From: an uncultured virus (IMG/VR IMGVR_UViG_3300012041_000001)
Lineage: Duplodnaviria; Heunggongvirae; Uroviricota; Caudoviricetes
Strand: one strand, 5' to 3'
DNA: 20,000 bases
Virus record (IMG/VR): IMGVR_UViG_3300012041_000001
Shown here piece after piece: positions 1-7,983 of this stretch (its first letter is position 1; every line of letters begins with the position of its first letter). The position numbers and the translations under genes were made by a program. Below the pieces are notes generated by a model. It searched no databases. It had not been told where the DNA came from and saw nothing but the letters and a program-made list of their open reading frames with translations.

Positions 1-2
1 AC

Positions 3-3000
3 CCTTCGATTGGAACTGATGAGAGCGACGAGTTTGATTATCGTTTAGAAACTCTTGAACAAGCTAATGCTTTTGAAACTGAAAACTGGAAAAAAGTTGA
101 AGAATTTATAGGTGAAAACTTTCCATGGATTCCTGTTTATAGAGTAATGAATATGATTAAAGCCACTAATGGTAGACAAGCCCATGGTGCCCTGCATAAA
201 GCTGCTATCTATCTGTCTCAAAATGCTGAGGTTGGTACTGTATACCACGAGGTATTTGAGGCTGTATGGAAAATGTTTGCTGGTCCAAAAGAAAAAGAGG
301 CTATCATCAGAGAGTTCAGAAGCAGACCAGGGTACTTTATAGACAGAGAAGACCCACTACAAAGAAGAATTAAATATTCTCAGGCTACCAGTCACCAGAT
401 AAAAGAACAGTTAGCAGAGGAGTTCAGAGATAAAAAGTTATATGGTAAAGACCCTATTACATATAAAGGAAAAAATCAAGGCAACCTTATCAAAAGATTA
501 TTTGATGATTTGATTAATTGGTTAAATACATTCTTTACAGGGAAAGAAGCTATCAGCAATACTGAAAAATTATTCAGTAAAATAAGTAGTGGTTATTACA
601 AAACATATAATCCTTACTTAACAAAATTATCTTTTGCTCAGGCAGGGATAATTGATATTGCAGATATTGATGTAGGTGATAGTGCTGAGTTGAGAATAAA
701 TAATATCCCTGCTATGCAGATTCATGATATTATTCAATTCATGACATTTAAAGCACTCTCTCCACTAGCTGAGTCTAATGAGATATTGTTCTCTCTTAAA
801 AATGTTTTGGCTAAAGATAAGGGTAAAGCATATGAAGATTTAAAAAAACAGGTGCTCAGCAGACTTAAAACACAAGCCTTAACCTTATCAAAACAAGGTA
901 CTGAAAAAGGAGGATTTACCCCTGGAGAACAAAGAATGTATGAAAACATTGTACAACTATTTGATACTGTTCAGGATGAGTGGGATGAAATTGTTGAGAA
1001 ACATGCTGAGCATTTAAAAACATTTGGGTTAGAGTTTGATGAAAATGATGAGTTAAATTTAAATACAGAAGAAGCAGAAGGTAAATCTGATTGGCAAGAT
1101 GCAAGAACTATTGATAGCTTCAGAAAAGCTAACAGCGCAGTTAAGTTATTGTTAGGTACACTGCCTGCCAAGAGAATGGTAAATGGCAAACCTAAGATTA
1201 TATTGTCTTCTATTGGTGGTCCTACATTATTACCTGCAGATGCTATTCATATAGATATGCAGAACAGGCTCCACGATGCTGTTACTCCTGGTGAGATGAT
1301 GGAGAGATTGAATAACATAGCTCTGAAAGAAGCTAATTATCACCAACTATTCAGACGTCTTACAGGACAAGACCCTTCTGAAAATGAATATGATTTCGCT
1401 GATATAGATGAGTCTGACTTCAGATTGATTAGTGCTTTCTGGAGAACCATGAAGAAACAGAATGCTGATGTTGTTACAGTATTTGTTCAGCCTTCAGGAG
1501 AAGTTTTTGTTAGTGATAGTACTTTAGCCAATGCTTCTAAGGAATCAAAAAGATCTATGATGGGAAGTATTATAGCTGGTATGAAAGAAGAAACAACTCC
1601 ATACTTTACATATGGGAAAGATGGTAAATACAGAGCTACAGATGTACTTAAGAAAGTGACGTTTGATAAAATGAATTCATATACAAAATTTCTGGAAGGG
1701 TTGGGAATCATAATAGATCCTATCAGAATGGAAACAGAGTTTATGCCTCATGAACAAAAGAAATTCAAAGAGATAGTAGCGTGGATACAAAGTACCATAG
1801 CTGAGATTGGAGATAAAGAAACAGTGGTTGATCCAGAAACTGGAGAACAAGTTACATTGGATAGTGCAATTATGACCATTAATTCCACTACTCTTGATAT
1901 TGATACACGTATGTCTCAACTTGGCGTCTTTAAAGCCAAGCTCGATAATCCTATATTTGAGAGCACATACTTTAATATCAATGGGCAACGTACACAATCT
2001 TATGTAGGTCCTAATGCTCCAAGTAATTTCTATGATGTTATTTCCAAAGTACAACACTTTGAAGAAGACTTACAAGAACCACAGAATAGAGGATATCGTT
2101 ATCTGTTAACAGACAAATTTGCTAAGGGTAGCTTGATACTTAAGAGAATGTTTGTACAGGAGAAAGATGGTACTTTCTCTGATAGAATAAGTGGTTCTGA
2201 AGGAATTATGAAAACTACTTTTGTTGATGGTACTGTAGATGAATATACTGGTAAGAAAAAAGAATCCTCAAAATTAAACTATGCTCAACGATTTCTGCAG
2301 GAAATCAATTTGAATATAGAAGGTATTTTCCTTAACCTGGTTCCTGGAGACTCTTCCATAGAGCATGCTAATAGATTACACCATGATGATAAACCTTTTG
2401 TTAATACTTCAGCTTATCAAAATAAACTACATCTAGCAATCTTTAGGGATTATTTTATATCTGAAGTAGACTTGGCCAGAGATGATCGTCCTGTTGTAGG
2501 AGATAGAAAGACTACTGATTTACGTTTCTTTAAATCTATACTTGCTGATCCTAAATCTAAAACTCCTAATGCTTTACATGATATGATTATGTACAGTGAT
2601 GAAAGTGGTGCGCTTACTGCTGAGGAGTTATATGATGATTATAAAAAAGAAATTGATATTGCTGTACAAGAGTATATAAAACAAGAGGCAAGAGATACCA
2701 AAGAATTATTTGATAGGTTTCAAATAATTAAATCAACCAAAGAGGGACTGGTAGCTCCAGGTTTGAATTTCAAAGAAGAAGAACTTTCTGGAGAGTTTCT
2801 TAAACAGAAACTTGAGGTGCTTTCCACTAACTATATAATAGCCAATATTGAGATGCACAAACTAATTTACTCAGATCCTTATCAGTATACTGATGAGTTG
2901 AAACGTATCAAAAACTTTAACTCTCCAAGACAGGCATTATTATTTGGTACCCCACAACTTAATGCTTTTCTGCATAGTTTCTACAATAAAGGAGTTGACC

Positions 3001-6000
3001 CTAAAGATAAGTCTGCTTACTCTGATTTTAACAGAGATCACTTTAGAGCAATCAATATTGCTGACATTCTTGGTATTGGAAAAAATATTGGCTACTCAGA
3101 ACCTACTGAAACAACAGATGGTGGTGGATATATTACCATACAGGGTGCACGTAAGTTTAAATTAAGAGTAGGTGAGTGGACTCCTGCAAATGAAAAACAG
3201 TTTCAACATGACTTAGGTTATGAAAGATTAGCTAAATCTGGTGCAAGTAAAGAAGCACTTAAAAAATATGAGAGAAAGAATCCACATGTTAAGAACACTT
3301 ACACTCCTATAAAACCTATTGTTTCTGGTAATAAAGAAAATGGTAGAGATTATAATGATGTAGTGTTACATAAATTTGCGTTAATTCCTATATCATATAG
3401 AATATTACATCAACTGGAAGAAAATTCCATGGCTGTAAAACTTTATGATAAAATGATTGATGAGGATATTGACTATGCAGTATATGCTTCTGGAAGTAAA
3501 GTGGGTACTGAAAAAGTTCACGATATATATGACAGAGAAACTGGACAGTTTAATGATGCTCCTTTTGAAACAGAAGCAGAGAAACATGGTTTAATGACCA
3601 ACGATTTTAAACGTGGAGTATCAAATATTCCTTTCTCTATTGTAGGTTTACAAACTGAAGTTCCTTCTAAAGACACACCATTAGTAACACAAGGATCTCA
3701 GATAACCAAGTTGGTTACCATGGACTTCTTGGAAGCTGGTGTACCTATTGACTTTATGCCTGGTGAAGAAGATTATATGAAAAGATTTAAAGCTTGGACT
3801 AAGCTTGATGAGAAAGGCAGAATGCAATCTGAATTGTACAGAAAGATTAAACATAACCAAGAACTTCTTGAAGAAAAAATTATTGAGGGATATGAGTCTT
3901 TGCTTAAAAAATTAGGTATTGAAGCTACTGTTAATGATGAAGGTGAAGCTGTTTTTATAATTAAAAGCAGAGAAAGATTTATGAAAACCCTTAAGGATGA
4001 GATTCTTAAAAGAGAAGTTAATGATAACATCACTGCTTCTTTTGAAGGATTTGAAGATGGCCATGTCTTACTTGAAGCTACTCCTTCATACCAACAGATA
4101 AGAAATATACTTTACAGTATAGCTGATAAGAGTGTTGTAAGACAAAAAATCTCTGGGGGATTGAAAGTACAAATTCCTTCAGCAATGCTATTGGATAAAT
4201 TCAAAGTTATTGTTGGTACTTTTACAAATGAGAAAACAGGAGAAACTAAACCTATACTTGAGTCTGAAGAATTGGCATTTTATGAGAATGAAGATGGTAA
4301 GCGTGTGTGCGAGATTATGGTTGCAAGATGGTTTAAAAGCACTAAAACTGATGAGGAGTTACTGGAGTACTTCAATGAAGATCCTGAGGGCCAGAAACAA
4401 TTGGCTGCTCTTACAGGTATAGCTTTTCGTACCCCTACACAGAAACAAAACTCTATCGAAGTATTTAAGATAAAAAGATTCCTTCCTGAAGATTTTGGTG
4501 ATAGTGTTATTGTTCCAGCAGACATTGTTAAAAAAACTGGATCTGACTTTGACATTGATAAATTATCTATTTATTTAAAATCATTGTTTGAAGATGTTGA
4601 TGGTAAGATAAAAGTTATTCCTTTCTATGGATATGGTCAACAGGCTAAAGATAAGTTTGGGGCTATGTTTGACAAAATATTAACCACTGAAAGACATAAA
4701 GCTATTTCAGGATTTGCAAATGCAGAATACATGAATGATATGTTTCGTGATATTGCTACTGGAAAAGCTACATCTAAAGACAGAGAGAAATGGATTCCTA
4801 AATTCCACGATATGTTTAGTGATCTTGCAGATGAGAATGGTGTTATTGATGCAGAAGATGTGAGACTGGAATTCTTATACAGTATTCAGAAAAAAGGTAA
4901 AACTCTACTTAAGCTTACTAATGAAGATTTACAGGATGTGCAGAGAGATCTATTTATGGATAAGATGTATAGAAAATCTTTGGAGAATGAATATATCAGC
5001 TCTCTTGAAGATTTAGTTTCTGATAAACATAATTTTGATGCTTTGGTTAGACCTAACTCTGCAGAGGATCTTGTAAAACTTAATAATAAAATCAATGAGT
5101 TAAAAGGCATTCCTAAAACTGACTATACCAATGTGGGTAATATGTTGAGCAGAAAGTTTATGTCAAAACAAAGACACAATTTCGTTTCTGGTAAACAAGG
5201 AATTGCTATTGCTGCTATTGCTCAAACTAATAATGCCCAAAACCAACGAAGCCCTATATTTACAGATTTCAGAAAAATTTATCAAGCAGGCTTTAATGAA
5301 TTGGATAAAACTATCTTAGGAGGTAATTCTAATGCTGTTACTTATGCCAATAATCATAGGATTAATTTTAGAAACTATAATGCAATTGAAGTAGATGGTG
5401 TTATATATCCTACTTTATCCATTTCTACAGCTAAACAGACTTTAGCTGAAAAAGTTGCAGGTAAAGCAAAAGAGTTTATATCTGATACTATAGGAATGTT
5501 TATTGATGGTTATGTGGACGTTGCTAAAGGTGCCTGGATTATGGAGATGGGAGCAACTTATAATACAGCAGGTACCTGGTTGTTCCTACTTAAACTTGGT
5601 ATTCCAAGAAAAGATGTGGCCTACTTTATGAATCAGCCAATCATTGTTGAGTACTTACAGTTGATAGAAAATAAAGGACAGACATGGTTGTTCTCTGATA
5701 GAAATATATCAGAAGCATTAGCAATGTTTGAGCCTATAAAAGCTATGGATAAAGAAGAGGTAGATAGAATTAAAGGGGATATAAACGAAATTCCTGATGC
5801 AGATACATTGGAAGGACTTATAGGTAGAGAACCTGGAGATATGACTGTTGAGGAAATGTATGAACAACAGTTTATGTTGAAAGAGTTTGTTAAGTATGCT
5901 AAGTTGGCCTCCCAACTATTTGAAGTGATACAAGGAAGTAATCATGATACTGCCAATATCAATGACCCATACTTGGTAACTAAAAAAGAATTTCAATTGG

Positions 6001-7967
6001 AGGCTGCTCGTAATACAATTATCTCCAGTGTAAATGAGGATGGGGAGACTATTACAGGTGTGGACAGTATTATGAATAACTCTTTTGTTGGAAGACTTAG
6101 TGACTTTATAAATAAGTATCGAAATGCCTTCTCTACAGTACTCCTGTCAGACAGAAGCACAGTAAGAAAAGTTATGATTGATGTACTTAAACCATATATG
6201 AAGCTTAATGATAGAGACTTTGTTAAGGTTAGCCAGAAAGCAGTTAATGATTTGTTTGATTGGGCTGTTCAGAATGACAGAAGTATTAATAATCATGTTG
6301 TGAGTATTATGTTAGGTGATGAAAGTGAGGAGAGTGCTGCCAAACAAATTATGGAATACAGAGATAAAGTACTTGGTAATGAATCTAAAAAGATTCCTGC
6401 AGATCCATCTCATCCTATGTTCGATAATATAATTCTTAACTCCTTGATACTGGAGGAAGGTAATAATACTAAGAAAGTAGATAATATATATCTTGGTAAG
6501 ATTGATAAAGTGTATGGTCAGAACCTGATCATCTATGGATTCAATGAATTAAGAGAACACTTAACTGGGGAAAAGAATCCTCTATATGGTAAGATAGTTA
6601 GACTAGCTGTTCTTCAGTCTGGTTTAACCAATTCTCGTATAGCTTTTACAACTTTACTTCCTTATGGAGACTTTAAAGAAGTATATAATGCCACTCTTTC
6701 CAAATTAGAAGAGATGGAAAACCTTCAGGACTTTAAGAATCTGGATGTTTTTGAAAGAAACAATTGGAACAACAGAGATATAATGCCTTTTGTTATGGGT
6801 AACATGAGACCAAGTAAGTTTGGAGTAGGTAACTATGATTTAAACACCTGGAAAATTGGTGAGCAAATAACTAAAGCTGTTAAGAATTTTCAGATACCTC
6901 ATATTGTAAACCTTGATATATCTTCTGGTGATGCCAGAGGTGACTTTATTGTATACTCTTATGATACATGGATATCAAAAGCCAAACGTATACTGTCCAA
7001 AAAGACTGGAGACAAAAGTCATGTCAATAAATACTTAATGAAAAAGGTATATACTGAGAATGCTAAAGGAGAAAGAGTACCTTTGATTAATATAAGTAAA
7101 GATAAAGAGGGTAGAGAATATCATAAATATGTATTCAAAGCCATTAATGCTTGGGGAGACAGTTTTAAAGCAAATGAGTTGTATGATTATCCAGAAGTAT
7201 CTAAATTAGATAATGATTTCAGACGTGTTATACAAAAAAATGATGCAAAACATAAAAGAACAGGAGCTCCTGAAGTGGAAGATAGTGTGATTGTAGATTT
7301 ACTAACAGGTAAACTTACTTCAGATCAACTGGCTGCATCCAATAGAAAAACTGATTTGGAAGCTGCAGGAGTTACAGATGTAGTTCCTTCTGCTGTAGAA
7401 GTTCTTGCAGAGTCTGGGCCAAGACACTATGTAGGAGAAATAATTCCAGCTCCTGATGTAATATTTGTATTTGGAAGTAATCCTGAGGGAAGACATGGCC
7501 AAGGTGCAGCTGCTGATGCTATGAAGAAATTTGGTGCTAAGTATTATCAGGGCAGAGGATTACAAGGAGGTGCTTATGCTTTGGTTACCAAAAATCTTAA
7601 AGCAGGATTCAAGGAAACAAAAACTGGTATTACATATGATGCTGTTGGTGAAAGATCTGTAAGACCTGACCAGATAGTAAATAACATTGTTGAGATGTAT
7701 AATGTTGCAAGAGCTAATCCTAACAAGAAATTCCAGATAGGATACAGAAATACAATAGGTAAAACTCGTAATGGATATACAGGATATGAGATGATGGATA
7801 TGTTTAAGGCTGCAGGTGAGGTCCCATCCAATGTTTACTTCAGTAAAGAGTGGGTGGATACAGGTAAAATGGATGCTGATTATCAATCACCAAACACTCC
7901 TAATATAATGGACCCATCTAATAAACCTACAGGAAAACCTGGAATAGATAGAACTGATGATTGTTAA
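3..7967 (+). CDS. Virion-packaged single-chain two-barrel DNA-dependent RNA polymerase polyprotein (phi14:2 gp66 / crAss-like vRNAP family), 5'-truncated by the window
   Basis: Frame +3 is open from base 3 (PSIGTDESDEFDYRL...), so ATG 147 is not the true start; at least 2654 aa. Catalytic motif GSDFDIDKL (DFDID at 4545-4559) is preceded by R-T-P (4428-4436). TDGGGY (~3114-3131) and SGSKVG resemble first-barrel motifs. DFDID is the known catalytic motif of crAss-like virion RNAPs. Confidence 0.92.
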   Translation, partial: PSIGTDESDEFDYRLETLEQANAFETENWKKVEEFIGENFPWIPVYRVMNMIKATNGRQAHGALHKAAIYLSQNAEVGTVYHEVFEAVWKMFAGPKEKEAIIREFRSRPGYFIDREDPLQRRIKYSQATSHQIKEQLAEEFRDKKLYGKDPITYKGKNQGNLIKRLFDDLINWLNTFFTGKEAISNTEKLFSKISSGYYKTYNPYLTKLSFAQAGIIDIADIDVGDSAELRINNIPAMQIHDIIQFMTFKALSPLAESNEILFSLKNVLAKDKGKAYEDLKKQVLSRLKTQALTLSKQGTEKGGFTPGEQRMYENIVQLFDTVQDEWDEIVEKHAEHLKTFGLEFDENDELNLNTEEAEGKSDWQDARTIDSFRKANSAVKLLLGTLPAKRMVNGKPKIILSSIGGPTLLPADAIHIDMQNRLHDAVTPGEMMERLNNIALKEANYHQLFRRLTGQDPSENEYDFADIDESDFRLISAFWRTMKKQNADVVTVFVQPSGEVFVSDSTLANASKESKRSMMGSIIAGMKEETTPYFTYGKDGKYRATDVLKKVTFDKMNSYTKFLEGLGIIIDPIRMETEFMPHEQKKFKEIVAWIQSTIAEIGDKETVVDPETGEQVTLDSAIMTINSTTLDIDTRMSQLGVFKAKLDNPIFESTYFNINGQRTQSYVGPNAPSNFYDVISKVQHFEEDLQEPQNRGYRYLLTDKFAKGSLILKRMFVQEKDGTFSDRISGSEGIMKTTFVDGTVDEYTGKKKESSKLNYAQRFLQEINLNIEGIFLNLVPGDSSIEHANRLHHDDKPFVNTSAYQNKLHLAIFRDYFISEVDLARDDRPVVGDRKTTDLRFFKSILADPKSKTPNALHDMIMYSDESGALTAEELYDDYKKEIDIAVQEYIKQEARDTKELFDRFQIIKSTKEGLVAPGLNFKEEELSGEFLKQKLEVLSTNYIIANIEMHKLIYSDPYQYTDELKRIKNFNSPRQALLFGTPQLNAFLHSFYNKGVDPKDKSAYSDFNRDHFRAINIADILGIGKNIGYSEPTETTDGGGYITIQGARKFKLRVGEWTPANEKQFQHDLGYERLAKSGASKEALKKYERKNPHVKNTYTPIKPIVSGNKENGRDYNDVVLHKFALIPISYRILHQLEENSMAVKLYDKMIDEDIDYAVYASGSKVGTEKVHDIYDRETGQFNDAPFETEAEKHGLMTNDFKRGVSNIPFSIVGLQTEVPSKDTPLVTQGSQITKLVTMDFLEAGVPIDFMPGEEDYMKRFKAWTKLDEKGRMQSELYRKIKHNQELLEEKIIEGYESLLKKLGIEATVNDEGEAVFIIKSRERFMKTLKDEILKREVNDNITASFEGFEDGHVLLEATPSYQQIRNILYSIADKSVVRQKISGGLKVQIPSAMLLDKFKVIVGTFTNEKTGETKPILESEELAFYENEDGKRVCEIMVARWFKSTKTDEELLEYFNEDPEGQKQLAALTGIAFRTPTQKQNSIEVFKIKRFLPEDFGDSVIVPADIVKKTGSDFDIDKLSIYLKSLFEDVDGKIKVIPFYGYGQQAKDKFGAMFDKILTTERHKAISGFANAEYMNDMFRDIATGKATSKDREKWIPKFHDMFSDLADENGVIDAEDVRLEFLYSIQKKGKTLLKLTNEDLQDVQRDLFMDKMYRKSLENEYISSLEDLVSDKHNFDALVRPNSAEDLVKLNNKINELKGIPKTDYTNVGNMLSRKFMSKQRHNFVSGKQGIAIAAIAQTNNAQNQRSPIFTDFRKIYQAGFNELDKTILGGNSNAVTYANNHRINFRNYNAIEVDGVIYPTLSISTAKQTLAEKVAGKAKEFISDTIGMFIDGYVDVAKGAWIMEMGATYNTAGTWLFLLKLGIPRKDVAYFMNQPIIVEYLQLIENKGQTWLFSDRNISEALAMFEPIKAMDKEEVDRIKGDINEIPDADTLEGLIGREPGDMTVEEMYEQQFMLKEFVKYAKLASQLFEVIQGSNHDTANINDPYLVTKKEFQLEAARNTIISSVNEDGETITGVDSIMNNSFVGRLSDFINKYRNAFSTVLLSDRSTVRKVMIDVLKPYMKLNDRDFVKVSQKAVNDLFDWAVQNDRSINNHVVSIMLGDESEESAAKQIMEYRDKVLGNESKKIPADPSHPMFDNIILNSLILEEGNNTKKVDNIYLGKIDKVYGQNLIIYGFNELREHLTGEKNPLYGKIVRLAVLQSGLTNSRIAFTTLLPYGDFKEVYNATLSKLEEMENLQDFKNLDVFERNNWNNRDIMPFVMGNMRPSKFGVGNYDLNTWKIGEQITKAVKNFQIPHIVNLDISSGDARGDFIVYSYDTWISKAKRILSKKTGDKSHVNKYLMKKVYTENAKGERVPLINISKDKEGREYHKYVFKAINAWGDSFKANELYDYPEVSKLDNDFRRVIQKNDAKHKRTGAPEVEDSVIVDLLTGKLTSDQLAASNRKTDLEAAGVTDVVPSAVEVLAESGPRHYVGEIIPAPDVIFVFGSNPEGRHGQGAAADAMKKFGAKYYQGRGLQGGAYALVTKNLKAGFKETKTGITYDAVGERSVRPDQIVNNIVEMYNVARANPNKKFQIGYRNTIGKTRNGYTGYEMMDMFKAAGEVPSNVYFSKEWVDTGKMDADYQSPNTPNIMDPSNKPTGKPGIDRTDDC
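60..590 (+). other. Zincin-like metallopeptidase-fold domain within the vRNAP polyprotein (altered HExxE motif)
   Basis: TVYHEVFEAVW (HEVFE at 246-260), downstream EQLAEEF (405-425) and amphipathic helix LIKRLFDDLINWLNTFF (486-536). This matches the layout of metallopeptidase domains in phage polyvalent proteins. Boundaries are approximate. Confidence 0.7.
7422..7860 (+). other. C-terminal macrodomain-like 'IFVFGSN' phage domain fused to the vRNAP
   Basis: IFVFGSNPEGRHGQGAAADAMKKFGAKYYQGRGLQGGAYALVTK starts at 7461. I recall this motif from a ~130-150 aa standalone phage/bacterial family with a macro-like fold. The N-x4-H-G-x-G-A-A pattern parallels the macrodomain NAAN...GGGVA loop. Confidence 0.65.
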
Positions 7968-7983
7968 TATAAATAATTAAATT
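7968..7983 (+). promoter_or_regulatory. AT-only, Shine-Dalgarno-less translation initiation region (Bacteroidota style)
   Basis: TATAAATAATTAAATT precedes ATG 7984. All four visible starts (7984, 15378, 15761, 15907) have A at -3 and no clear AGGAGG-type site. Confidence 0.55.

Noticed and set aside
147..149. ATG 147 as the vRNAP start
   Set aside because: The frame is open and protein-like from base 3, and the zincin domain begins upstream of this Met; the gene starts before the window.
4572..4990. Intein or intron in the vRNAP after the DFDID motif
   Set aside because: There are no Cys/Ser...His-Asn splice junctions, LAGLIDADG motifs or frame breaks; it looks like an ordinary helical region.
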